DNA of 64,000 nucleotides. Origin: Thermoanaerobaculia bacterium (GTDB lineage: Bacteria > Acidobacteriota > Thermoanaerobaculia > Multivoradales > Multivoraceae). This document shows, in pieces, positions 29,938 through 38,893 of this stretch (position 1 is the stretch's first letter; each line of letters opens with the position of its first letter). The stretch lies in assembly GCA_965232105.1 (NCBI GenBank), contig OZ246956.1, positions 1,666,499 through 1,730,498 on the forward strand. The letters run 5' to 3'. A model generated the notes under the pieces. That model was not told the origin of the DNA. It worked only from the letters and a program-made list of their open reading frames with translations, and searched no databases. A program made the translations under genes and the position numbers.

Positions 29938-31872
29938 GTGCAGCGATTCGCCGTTTTGCTTCTGATTCTGAGCCTGATGCTGCTCGGCTGCGCCGCCGAG
30001 GACTCCTCCGACTCCGCCGCGACCGCAGCCGGCGCCTCCGCGGCCGAAGCCGGACCGCCCGCCGACCGCCAGGCCTTCTTCGGCGACCTCCACGTCCACA
30101 CGAAGTACTCCTACGATGCCTTCGTGTTCGCGACCCGTGCCGGTCCGGACGAGGCCTACGAGTTCGCCAAGGGGAATCCGATCGAGCATCCGGCCGGCTT
30201 CGACCTCCAGCTCGACCGGCCGCTCGACTTCCAGGGCGTGTCCGACCACGCGAACTACCTCGGCATGCTGCCGGCGATGACCGACCCGGACTCCCCGGCC
30301 TACAACCACCCGGCGGGCGAGACGGTGCGGAACGCCGAAACCGTCCAGGAGCGGCGGGGCATCTTCGCCGCCATGCAGCCCTACGTGCGCTACATGGCCG
30401 ATGCCGACCCGAGCATTCGCGAGCATCTCGACAAGGACGTCGTCCGCTCCGCCTGGAGCGAGATCGCGGCTTCCGCGAACCGCCACAATGAGCCGGGCGT
30501 GTTCACCACCTTCATCGCCTACGAGTACACGTCGGCCGGCGCCGGCGGCATCTACGAGAACCTGCACCGCAACGTCGTCTTCCGCGGTGCCGAGGTGCCG
30601 GACATCCCGTTCTCGAGGCTCGACTCCTACAACCCGGAGGACCTCTGGGCCCGGATGGACGAGTGGCGTGCGGACGGCTACGAGGCGATCGCGATCCCCC
30701 ACAACACGAACGGCTCCGGCGGGCGGATGTTCGAGTACGAGTACTTCGAGGGCGGCGCGATCGACCAAGCCTACTCGGATCTCCGCAGCCGCAACGAGCC
30801 GATCGTCGAGATCACCCAGACCAAGGGCACGTCGGAAACCCATCCGGCCCTGTCGCCGAACGACGAGTGGGCGGGCTTCGAGATCATGCCGTACCGCGTC
30901 TCGACGAGCATCCTGAGCGAGCCGCCGGGCAGCTACGTTCGCGACGCACTTCGCCGCGGCCTGACGATCGAAGCGGGCGGCGTGTCGAATCCCTACAAGG
31001 TCGGCGTGATCGGCTCGTCCGACACCCACGTCGCCGCCGGCTCCTTTGACGAGGAGAAGTACTGGGGCGCTTCGGGCCTCATGCAGGAGACCCCCGAGCA
31101 GCGCGGCTCGGTGCCCAGCGAGCCCGCGGCCGGGGCCGACCTGCAGAACCCAACCGCCGCTGCACAGCCGATCGACGACGGCACCGGCCGCATCTATCCC
31201 TTCACGACGGCGATCACCAACGGCGCATCGGGCCTCGCCGCTGTCTGGGCCGACGAGAACACGCGCGACTCCATCTTCGACGCCTTCCGGCGCAAGGAGA
31301 CCTTCGCGACGTCCGGCACACGGATGAAGGTCCGGTTCTTCGGCGGCGCGGCGTTGGCCGGCCTCGACCTGGACGACCCGGACCTCGTCGCCACCGCCTA
31401 CGAGACCAGCGTGCCGATGGGCGGCGATCTCGTCGGCGAAGACGGCGACGCCGCACCCAGCTTCCTCGTCTGGGCGATGCGGGACACGATGGCCGCGCCG
31501 CTCCAGCGGGTCCAGATCGTCAAGGGCTGGGAATCAGGCGGCGAGACCGACGAGATGGTCTACGACGTCGCCTGCTCCGACGGCCTCGAGGTCGATCCGG
31601 CCACCCACCGTTGCCCTGACAACGGCGCCACCGTCGATCTCAGCGACTGCTCCGCCAGCGACGACGTCGGCGCCGGCGAACTCAAGACGGTCTGGACCGA
31701 CCCCGACTTCGACTCGGGCCAGCGCGCCTTCTACTACGCCCGGGTCCTGGAGAACCCCACCTGCCGCTGGTCGTCCTGGGACGCGCTGCGTGCCGGCACG
31801 ACTCCCCGCGAGGACTTCCCGGCGACGATCCAGGAACGCGCCTGGTCGTCGCCGATCTGGTACACGCCTTAG
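29938..31872 (+). CDS. DUF3604-family lipoprotein (predicted PHP-like metal-dependent hydrolase)
   Basis: Lipobox LLGC. Motifs [37 protein letters not shown], and the C-terminal [19 protein letters not shown]...[12 protein letters not shown]. About 60% identical to the paralog at 59539-61419. Confidence 0.65.
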   Translation: MQRFAVLLLILSLMLLGCAAEDSSDSAATAAGASAAEAGPPADRQAFFGDLHVHTKYSYDAFVFATRAGPDEAYEFAKGNPIEHPAGFDLQLDRPLDFQGVSDHANYLGMLPAMTDPDSPAYNHPAGETVRNAETVQERRGIFAAMQPYVRYMADADPSIREHLDKDVVRSAWSEIAASANRHNEPGVFTTFIAYEYTSAGAGGIYENLHRNVVFRGAEVPDIPFSRLDSYNPEDLWARMDEWRADGYEAIAIPHNTNGSGGRMFEYEYFEGGAIDQAYSDLRSRNEPIVEITQTKGTSETHPALSPNDEWAGFEIMPYRVSTSILSEPPGSYVRDALRRGLTIEAGGVSNPYKVGVIGSSDTHVAAGSFDEEKYWGASGLMQETPEQRGSVPSEPAAGADLQNPTAAAQPIDDGTGRIYPFTTAITNGASGLAAVWADENTRDSIFDAFRRKETFATSGTRMKVRFFGGAALAGLDLDDPDLVATAYETSVPMGGDLVGEDGDAAPSFLVWAMRDTMAAPLQRVQIVKGWESGGETDEMVYDVACSDGLEVDPATHRCPDNGATVDLSDCSASDDVGAGELKTVWTDPDFDSGQRAFYYARVLENPTCRWSSWDALRAGTTPREDFPATIQERAWSSPIWYTP

Positions 31873-32343
31873 CTAGCGAAACTCGCGCTGAGCCTCGACC
31901 AAGTAGGAGTAAACGCTCGCAGTTCTCTTGGCGCGCCGCTCTCTTGCGACGCCGAGAACTGTTCCAATCGCTGAGATGAGAGTGCCAGCCAAGTCCATCT
32001 GCGCGACCGACCAGACGCCGCCAACGAGCCCCAAAGACCATGAGGGGAGTCTTCCGAAAGCGTGCTTCGTAGTGCGTTGCAGGTTGTTAGATGCGTCAGA
32101 TATCTTCTCCGCCCTCTCAGCGAGCATCGCTGTCCTCTCTGGGCCGTCCAAGGCATTGGACCAATCCGCCATGAAGCCCAGAAGATCCCGCCGGTAGGTT
32201 TGATATGCGTCGCAGTGCTCTCTCCGGAACTGAGTCACATCGTCCAGCGGAATCGACTCCAGATTGACCGCGACCTGGGTCAAGTCCGACTTGAAGACCT
32301 CTGCGCGGCCTGCCACCGGATCTCCCGACAGTGTCTCGACCAT
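31873..32343 (-). CDS. Hypothetical protein (156 aa) in a low-GC islet
   Basis: Open frame with moderately protein-like composition. No recognised motif. G+C is visibly lower than the flanking genes. Confidence 0.35.
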   Translation of the reverse strand: MVETLSGDPVAGRAEVFKSDLTQVAVNLESIPLDDVTQFRREHCDAYQTYRRDLLGFMADWSNALDGPERTAMLAERAEKISDASNNLQRTTKHAFGRLPSWSLGLVGGVWSVAQMDLAGTLISAIGTVLGVARERRAKRTASVYSYLVEAQREFR

Positions 32344-32404
32344 ACGGTCGCCGAATTGCGGGGAGCACCAACGGCGCGTTTGACGATCTCGAGCCCGCGC
32401 AGCA

Positions 32405-33351
32405 CTAGGCTCCTTTTTCCTCCATCGACTTGAAGGCGCTCAGCCCGTGCGCCTTGCCGTAGAACTGCTTTTTCGAGAAACCGAGCAGGAGCCTGTAGTA
32501 GCCGAGGAGATGCGGGTTGGCCCTGAGCAGGCTCGGCAGCGCGAAGAGGATCTCCCCTCTCAGTCCCCAGCCGGCGAGGCGCTGAAGCGCTGCGTTGTCA
32601 GCGAAGTGGCCGAGCTCTCGGTCCACCGTGTGGATGTCCGCTTCAGAGGACGCCGTCAACAGAGCATCAAGCAGGTGAGTCGACCGGAGTCGCTCCAAGC
32701 TCTGGAAGAAGGAGATCTGGAGGACCGGCAGCGGGGGGTCCAGGATCACTGCGCCGTGTCGTAGTCGAGCGTGAAGAGAATCCGCTGGGTCGAGCGGATG
32801 CGCTTTGCCGCGAGTTCGGCGTACGTCGGGTTGAGTTCGACGCCGACGTACTTGCGGCGCTGCTGTTCGCAGGTACTCGTGGGACCGCGTGGGGCGATCC
32901 TTGACGCTCTCCGGCATGCAGTTCGGCTTTTCCCAGATGATGTCGCTACGGAAGTACCAGCCCGCCTCCCTGAGCGCGAAGGCGACCATCCACGGAATGC
33001 CCACGAGGTCCTTCGGCTTCATGCCCGAGGGCGTCCTTGCTCTGTAGCTCATCGCACGGACAGGGTTCTTTTGTCCGGTGCTCGTGTTGCGCGGTTGCCG
33101 CTCGTGTAGCTGTCGCCGAGGTTGAGCCAGAGCGTGCCGTCGTCCCGCAGGACCCTCCGAACCTCGTCGAAGATTGCGACCAGGCGCTTGATGTAGAGGG
33201 CCGGGTCCGGCTCAGCGCCGATCTGACTCTCTTCGGCATAGTCGCGGAGGCCCCAGTAGGGAGGGGACGTGACGCACGTCCGGAACCAGGAGTCGGGCAG
33301 GGTCGGCAGGATCGCCTCGGCCGCTCCTCGAAAGAGCGTGGGGCGCTCCAA
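32405..33351 (-). pseudogene. Decayed beta-class N4-cytosine/N6-adenine DNA methyltransferase (SPPY motif), split across frames
   Basis: The N-terminal fragment (33351->33049) carries TSPPYWGLRDY...DGTLWLNLGDSY. The second fragment, in another frame (33052->32405), carries SDIIWEKPNCMPESVKDRPTRSHEYL and a degraded VILDPP (from VLDPF) motif I remnant, then loses similarity. At least one frameshift lies near 33050. Confidence 0.55.
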
Positions 33352-33447
33352 GGCGACCGGATCGGTTGCTGGCGCCGCGGTGACTACGTCTACGACCTGA
33401 CTCTACTACCGGCCTCGCCTCGAGAAAGTGGGTGTTGCGAGTCCGTC

Positions 33448-33507
33448 TTCTACTGCGGGCGGGTGCTGGAGAACCCGGTCGCCGTTGGTCTTCCTGGGAC
33501 GGACTTC
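33448..33507 (+). pseudogene. Displaced, decayed 3'-end fragment of a DUF3604 gene (FYCGRVLENPVAVGLPGTDF*)
   Basis: DNA TTCTACTGCGGGCGGGTGCTGGAGAACCCGGTCGCCGTTGGTCTTCCTGGGACGG aligns with 31729-31785 (TTCTACTACGCCCGGGTCCTGGAGAACCCCACCTGCCGCTGGTCGTCCTGGGACGC) of the intact gene, with a 1-nt indel. Protein level: FYxxRVLENP. Confidence 0.4.
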
Positions 33508-33693
33508 TAGGACTGCGCCGTCTGAGCTGGGCGGCGTCGGAAGGGAGCTCTCCGTGGTGGAATCCGCATACCGCCTATACTTCGGCGGCGTAGAACGCTC
33601 CCGTGCACGAGCGGGTTGGGAGTGGCCGCAATGGCGTCTTGGCAGTTGGTCTTGTCGACTGCCTCAGGTTAGCGAGGCTGTCCCCCGGGCTAG

Positions 33694-33897
33694 TCAGGAG
33701 TCCTGCGGTTTCCGCGCCAGCCGTCGGGTCTGCACGAGCGCGACGACGAGCGCCAGTCCGCCGCCGAACAGCGCGAGCACCGGCGTGTCCGCGCCTTTCT
33801 CGCCGAGCGCGGCGTTGAGCCCTCCGCCGGCGAGCATGCCGATCAGTACCGCGAGCAGAGCCCTCCCGACGATGCGGGTCTTGGGGCGGGATCTCAC
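33694..33897 (-). CDS. Small 2-TM membrane protein (67 aa), possibly translationally coupled to the TonB-like gene (ATGA overlap)
   Basis: Two hydrophobic stretches (ALLAVLIGMLAGGGL and LALFGGGLALVVALV). Start/stop overlap with the upstream gene. Confidence 0.3.
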   Translation of the reverse strand: MRSRPKTRIVGRALLAVLIGMLAGGGLNAALGEKGADTPVLALFGGGLALVVALVQTRRLARKPQDS

Positions 33898-34580
33898 GGC
33901 AGCCTGAACCTGAGTATCGGGCTTACGGGGAACCGCACCCTCTTGCCGTCAAGTGTTGCCGGCCTGTACTTCAGCATCTTGGACATCTTGAGGGCCTCCT
34001 CGCTGAGGCCGTGCGGCAAGCCCTTGACGACCGTGGCGTTCTCGAGCTTGCCCTGCTCGTTGACGATCCCGCTGATGACGACATCGCCCTGAATGCCCGC
34101 GTCCCTCGCTTCGCTGGTGTACGTGAGTCGTGGCATACGCCCTCTCTGCTTGGGGAAAACCAGATCAATGCTGTCTCGCGGCGGCATCGTCACCTTGCCC
34201 TGCTCGAAGCGGACCAGTGCGAGAACCGGGGCCTTGATGCGCCTGCCACCCATGAAGGTCGCTGGTTCGTGTCGCGCCCCCTCAATCGCCTCGACCGCGT
34301 TCTGGGTCAGGCCGTGCGGTAGGCCGCTCAGCACGTCGGTTACCTCGGCCTGGCCGTTTTCTTCGACCGTTGCGAAGAGCAGGACATTGCCCTCGGTGCC
34401 GGCCTCCAGCGCCTCATTGTTGTACTCGATGAGGTGGCTTACGTCCGCGATCTCGGGCCGCGTGACATCGCCCTGTCCGTAGAGCACTCCGCAGCTCAGA
34501 GCAGCGACGAAGGCGAGTACCAGCTTCCTCAAGACACTTCCCCGGAGGACTTGACGCCGTGATCGTACACTCGCCGGCAA
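33894..34580 (-). CDS. Secreted protein with two TonB C-terminal-like domains
   Basis: Signal peptide. Two repeats, each ending in a GLPHGL(T/S) + ...A(V/L)EA(I/L)... pattern, with spacing typical of the TonB_C fold. 228 aa. Confidence 0.5.
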   Translation of the reverse strand: MPASVRSRRQVLRGSVLRKLVLAFVAALSCGVLYGQGDVTRPEIADVSHLIEYNNEALEAGTEGNVLLFATVEENGQAEVTDVLSGLPHGLTQNAVEAIEGARHEPATFMGGRRIKAPVLALVRFEQGKVTMPPRDSIDLVFPKQRGRMPRLTYTSEARDAGIQGDVVISGIVNEQGKLENATVVKGLPHGLSEEALKMSKMLKYRPATLDGKRVRFPVSPILRFRLP

Positions 34581-34708
34581 GTGGTCCCGGAGGATCGACC
34601 AGGAGCACCGACTGGTCTACGCGGTCCAAGGCAAGCGAGTCTTCTTTCTGGCCGCTCGTCACCACTACTGAGTCGCCGCAAGGTGACCTGGCTGAGCTGC
34701 CCGCCGAG

Positions 34709-36075
34709 CTACTGCCAGAAGTTGTGGATCCGGTGATGCAGATCAGGCGGCGTATCCTCCTGGGTGTTCAACAAGACGCCCGGTCGGATGCCGGGAGAAA
34801 GGACACGCCGCCCATGCTCAAGATAGTCGAAACCGCCTCGGAGGGGAACACCGTCGTGCCTCTCGACGAGCTTTTCCGCGAGGGCGCTCGCCGGATGCTG
34901 GTGGAGGCCCTGGAGGTGGAAGTCTCCGAGTACGTGGAGAGACACCGCGCGGAACGCGGGGAGGACGGCCGTGCACTGGTGGTGCGCAACGGCCGGGCCC
35001 GCGCGCGGCAGGTGACGATGGGCGCCGGCACGGTGGAGGTCAGGGCTCCCCGGGTCGACGACCGGCGGCCTGATCATCGCTTCACGAGCTCGATCCTGCC
35101 GCCGTACATGCGCCGCTCGCCGAAGGTCGAGGAGGTCCTGCCGGTGTTGTACCTGCGGGGTTTGTCGACAGGCGACTTCAAGGAAGCGCTCGGCGCCTTG
35201 CTGGGGGAGAAGGCCTCGGGCCTGTCTGCATCCAGCATCGCGCGGATGACCTCGTCGTGGGAGAAGGAGTACCGGTCCTTCCGGCAACGAGACCTGAGCG
35301 CCGAGGACTACGTGTACGTGTGGGCGGACGGCGTGCATTTCCGGGTCCGTCTGGAGGACGATCGCCTGTGCACGCTGGTCCTGCTTGGCGTGCGCCGTGA
35401 CGGGACCAAGGAGCTGATCGCGGTGGAGGACGGCTACCGGGAGAGCGCGGAGAGCTGGGCGAGCGTCCTGCGGGACCTGAAGCGCCGCGGCCTGCGAGCG
35501 CCGGTCCTGGCCATCGGCGACGGCGCTCTGGGCCTGTGGCGGGCAATCCGCGACGTGTGGCCCGAAACCAGGGAGCAGAGATGCTGGGTGCATCGGCTGA
35601 GGAACGTGCTGGACAAGCTGCCGAAGCGGCTGCAGGCCAAGGCCAAGAGGGCTCTGCACGAGATCATGTACGCGGAGTGCCGCGAGGATGCCGAGGCGGA
35701 GATCGAGAGTTTCGCCGAGGACTACGGCGCCAAGTACCCCAAGGCGGTCGAATCCCTGCAAAGGGACCAGGACTGCCTGCTCAGCTTCTTCGACTTCCCG
35801 GCCGAGCACTGGCAGCACCTGCGCACCACCAACGCAGTCGAATCGACGTTTGCCACCGTCAAGCTGCGGCAGCGGGTCACCAAGGGCGCCGGCTCACGCA
35901 CCAAGGCCCTGCTGATGGCCTTCAAGCTGCTCGACATGGCGCAGAAACGCTGGCGACGAGTCAACGCCCCGCACCTCGTTGCTCTGGTCAGAGAAGGAGT
36001 ACCATTCACCGACGGAACTCAGGTCAGGAACGCTGCCTGATCAAATCGCCGATCCACAACTTTCGGCAATACCTC
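34709..36075 (+). mobile_element. IS256-family insertion sequence (about 1.37 kb) with imperfect ~22-25 bp terminal inverted repeats and flanking 12-bp direct repeats
   Basis: The left end 34709-34730 (CTACTGCCAGAAGTTGTGGATC) matches the rc of the right end 36051-36072 (GTATTGCCGAAAGTTGTGGATC) at 18/22, with a perfect 12-bp core AAGTTGTGGATC. CTGCCCGCCGAG occurs at 34697-34708 and 36076-36087, immediately outside both ends. There is a single mutator-type transposase gene inside. Confidence 0.7.
34814..36040 (+). CDS. IS256-family (mutator-type) transposase
   Basis: 409 aa from the ATG at 34814. Typical IS256 Tnp features (WADGVHFRVR, DGYRESAESW, CWVHRLRNVLDKLP, LRTTNAVESTFATVKLR). The ORF-track extension back to 34559 runs through the left IR and flanking DNA. 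Confidence 0.85.
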   Translation: MLKIVETASEGNTVVPLDELFREGARRMLVEALEVEVSEYVERHRAERGEDGRALVVRNGRARARQVTMGAGTVEVRAPRVDDRRPDHRFTSSILPPYMRRSPKVEEVLPVLYLRGLSTGDFKEALGALLGEKASGLSASSIARMTSSWEKEYRSFRQRDLSAEDYVYVWADGVHFRVRLEDDRLCTLVLLGVRRDGTKELIAVEDGYRESAESWASVLRDLKRRGLRAPVLAIGDGALGLWRAIRDVWPETREQRCWVHRLRNVLDKLPKRLQAKAKRALHEIMYAECREDAEAEIESFAEDYGAKYPKAVESLQRDQDCLLSFFDFPAEHWQHLRTTNAVESTFATVKLRQRVTKGAGSRTKALLMAFKLLDMAQKRWRRVNAPHLVALVREGVPFTDGTQVRNAA

Positions 36076-36101
36076 CTGCCCGCCGAGTTCGGAGGGCTTC
36101 G

Positions 36102-36332
36102 TCACTCCATGCTCGTTCCGTAGTGGCGATCCAATTCGTCGAGCAACTGGAGCCCGCGTTTCGCATCTCCTCGCGCTGCCCGCATCCTGAAGCGCATTTC
36201 CGTGTCGTGCTCGGCCAAGGCCCGGACGGACAACTCTTCCATCAACTTGTTCAGGCTCAGGTTGCGCTGCGCTGCGAGTGCAGCGAGCCGGTCCCGGTGA
36301 GCATCAGGGATCCTGATCGTCAGGGTCGCCAT
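36102..36332 (-). CDS. Ribbon-helix-helix (CopG-like) antitoxin, downstream partner of a PIN toxin
   Basis: 76 aa. MATLTIRIPDAHRDRLAALAAQRNLSLNKLMEEL is an RHH fold signature. The gene begins 2 bp after the PIN gene stop. Confidence 0.6.
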   Translation of the reverse strand: MATLTIRIPDAHRDRLAALAAQRNLSLNKLMEELSVRALAEHDTEMRFRMRAARGDAKRGLQLLDELDRHYGTSME

Positions 36333-36333
36333 G

Positions 36334-36759
36334 TCAATCCTCCTCTTTGAGCCACTGGCCCGGCGTGACTACGCTGAAACCCTCGAAGAGCAGCTCGCCC
36401 GCCGCCAGGTCCCTGACGTTGCCGGTCACGATCCGCTCCGCATTCCCCGCGACGGCCAGTTCGATGAGGTGGTTGTCGGACTCGTCCGGCAGATTCGGAC
36501 GCCACAAGAAAGTGATGTTGATCCATTGGCAGGAGCCGAGGAGTGCGTCCAGTAGGGTTGCCCGTTCCTCAGGATCGATCGGAGCCGTGGCGAACAGTTT
36601 CTCTCTGGCAAGTACATCTTCGTACTCCAGGAACAGGGCATTGCTGATCAGCGGCTGGGTCTTGCCGGTCAGGCATCGTCGGACAACTTCGCGGGCTGCA
36701 CCGTCCGGCGACAGGCTCGCCGAGACGAGAACATTGGTGTCGACGACTATCCTTCCCAC
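36334..36759 (-). CDS. PIN-domain toxin (TIGR00305-like putative toxin-antitoxin component)
   Basis: 141 aa. IVVDTNVLVSA at the N-terminus and conserved acidic residues (DNHLIELAV, TGNVRDL) fit the PIN fold. Confidence 0.7.
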   Translation of the reverse strand: MGRIVVDTNVLVSASLSPDGAAREVVRRCLTGKTQPLISNALFLEYEDVLAREKLFATAPIDPEERATLLDALLGSCQWINITFLWRPNLPDESDNHLIELAVAGNAERIVTGNVRDLAAGELLFEGFSVVTPGQWLKEED

Positions 36760-36873
36760 ATCGAAGTGACAGCATATACGCTGTCGCGTCGGCGAGCCCA
36801 GGTAGATCTAGCGAGGCTGTTAGCTTGAAGATTCGGCGGTGACCGCCGGGATTTCAAGGGAGATCACGCATCC

Positions 36874-37989
36874 ATGAAGATCGAAGACCTCAGCATCACC
36901 CTCTTCGCCTGGAACGACATCCCGCCGCACTCCTACCTGGGCCGCGGGCCGTTCGATCCGACCGGCCAGCCGAACCGCACAGGCGAACTCGGCCTGGTGA
37001 CGATCCGGACCGACGACGGGATCGAGGGCCATTCGTTCCTCGGCATGGGGACGAGCATGGGAGCGCCCGCGTTGCTGAGGATGCTCAAGCCGATCGTGAT
37101 GGGGCGCGATCCGCTGGCCCGGGAGCAGCTCTACCAGGAGATGCTGGAACGGCGGCTGGTCGTCCAGCCCTGGGTCGTCGGCGCCGTCGACGTTGCGCTC
37201 TGGGACATCGCCGGCAAGGCGGCGGGGGAGCCGATCCACCGGCTCCTCGGCACCTACCGCGAGAAGCTGCCCGCGTATGCCAGCTCCGAGCAGCAGCCCA
37301 ATGTCGAGGCCTACGTCGAGCAGGCCCGGTCGTACCAGGCCGCGGGCTGGCAGGGCTACAAGATCCACCCGTTCCGCGTCTGGCGGGATGACATGCGGAT
37401 CTGCCGGGCCGTCCGCGAGGCGGTCGGCGACGGCTTCCCGCTGATGCTCGACTCGACCTGGGGCTACGACTACCCGCAGGCCCTGCGGGTCGGCAAGGTG
37501 ATCGAGGAACTCGACTTCGAGTGGTACGAGGATCCGCTCGGCGACCAGGACATCTACAACTACACGAAGCTACGCCAGCAGCTTCGCATCCCGATCATGG
37601 CGACCGAGTTCCCCGGCGCCTGGTACGACTCGTTCGCGCCGTGGATCTATAACCAGGCGACGGACTACCTACGCGGCGACGTCGCGATTAAGGGCGGCAT
37701 CACCGGCTGCCTCAAGGCCGCTCACCTCGCCGAGGGCTTCGGGATGAACTTCGAGATCCACCACGGCGGCAATTCGCTGAACAACGTCGCCCACCTGCAC
37801 ATCAGCGCCGCGATCCGCAACTGCGAGTGGTTCGAGGTCCTGTTGCCGGCGGGGGCGCAAAAGTACGGCCTCGTCGAAGACATCGAGGTCGACGACGAGG
37901 GCTACGTCCACGCCCCGATGGGCCCGGGCCTCGGCGTCGAGATCGACTTCGACCTGATCGAGCGGAACAAGACCGCCGAGCTGCGGTAG
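36874..37989 (+). CDS. Mandelate racemase/muconate-lactonizing enzyme family protein (enolase superfamily), cytoplasmic
   Basis: Capping-domain N-terminus. KIHP...R (Lys-x-Lys region), metal ligands D (LMLDSTW), E (WYEDP), D. 371 aa. Confidence 0.75.
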   Translation: MKIEDLSITLFAWNDIPPHSYLGRGPFDPTGQPNRTGELGLVTIRTDDGIEGHSFLGMGTSMGAPALLRMLKPIVMGRDPLAREQLYQEMLERRLVVQPWVVGAVDVALWDIAGKAAGEPIHRLLGTYREKLPAYASSEQQPNVEAYVEQARSYQAAGWQGYKIHPFRVWRDDMRICRAVREAVGDGFPLMLDSTWGYDYPQALRVGKVIEELDFEWYEDPLGDQDIYNYTKLRQQLRIPIMATEFPGAWYDSFAPWIYNQATDYLRGDVAIKGGITGCLKAAHLAEGFGMNFEIHHGGNSLNNVAHLHISAAIRNCEWFEVLLPAGAQKYGLVEDIEVDDEGYVHAPMGPGLGVEIDFDLIERNKTAELR

Positions 37990-37994
37990 CTCGT

Positions 37995-38762
37995 TTACTT
38001 CCCCGTCAGCTCCATCTTCAGCCAGCTCACCAGCGCCGGCTCCAGATCCGCGTTCTTCGCGAACATCGGCAGCCCGTGCTCGGGCCCGTCGTAGATCTTC
38101 GCCGTCGAGTTCGGGTGCTTCGACCCGTCCACCGCGCCCCTGAGCTGCTTGTCGACGCCGGCCGTGATCGTGTCGCCGGTCGCCGCGGCGGCGAAGACCG
38201 CCAGGTCGGACTTGGCCGCCATGTTCTCCACCGCTGCCGCGCTCGGTGGTCCCGACAGCAGCATCAGTGCCTTCACGTCCCGCCGCGCGGCCAGGTCGGC
38301 CGTCAGCATCGCGCCGCAACTTGCGCCGCCGGCACCCATCCGGCCCGTGTCCACGCCTTCCTGCTTGCTCAGGTAGTCGAACGCCATGTCCACGTCGCCG
38401 GTCGCTGTCTGCAGGAACGGCGGGAACCCGCCCGCTTCGCGGATGCCGTCGCCGCCGCTCTCGCCGAAGCCGCGCAGGTCCATCGTCAGCACGTGGACAC
38501 CCGCGTCGACCAACTGCGACGCGATTCCCGACCAGGACTTCCGGTCCATGTTGCACTGGTGGATCAGCAGCATCGCCGGACCGGGCTTGCCGGGCGACAT
38601 GTAGGTCGCCTTGAGCATCGTCCCGTCGGAGGCCTTGAGATCGACGTCCATCGACCCGGCCATCGCCGGCATGGCCGCCAGCGCCAGGAGCGCCGCCGCC
38701 GCAAGAAGGGAAAGGGTGTAGCGCATGAGTTGCTCCTCGTGATGTGACGCGGCTGCGCGCAT
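37995..38762 (-). CDS. Secreted alpha/beta-hydrolase (dienelactone-hydrolase-like)
   Basis: Signal peptide (MRYTLSLLAAAALLALAAMPAMA from the internal ATG). Nucleophile-elbow-like GASCG. 255 aa. Confidence 0.6.
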   Translation of the reverse strand: MRAAASHHEEQLMRYTLSLLAAAALLALAAMPAMAGSMDVDLKASDGTMLKATYMSPGKPGPAMLLIHQCNMDRKSWSGIASQLVDAGVHVLTMDLRGFGESGGDGIREAGGFPPFLQTATGDVDMAFDYLSKQEGVDTGRMGAGGASCGAMLTADLAARRDVKALMLLSGPPSAAAVENMAAKSDLAVFAAAATGDTITAGVDKQLRGAVDGSKHPNSTAKIYDGPEHGLPMFAKNADLEPALVSWLKMELTGK

Positions 38763-38893
38763 CGTGGGCCCGGGCGTGCCGGTTACCGGAGTTGTGTGGG
38801 TGGTGTGAGAGCGGACTCTACTACGGTGGTTCCGGGGAGGACGGGCTCTTCGTAGACCTTGCTTATTTAACGGTTACCGTTGAATATACGAGG

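Noticed and set aside
34559-34813. Upstream 85-codon extension of the transposase ORF
   Set aside because: The extension reads through the IS left inverted repeat and flanking DNA. The canonical IS256 Tnp N-terminus begins at the ATG at 34814.
38860-38893. AT-rich stretch with small palindrome AACGG-TTA-CCGTT upstream of the AAA/DUF4143 ATPase gene
   Set aside because: Arms of only 5 bp with a 3-nt spacer. Plausible promoter/operator context but too weak to call as a feature without further evidence.
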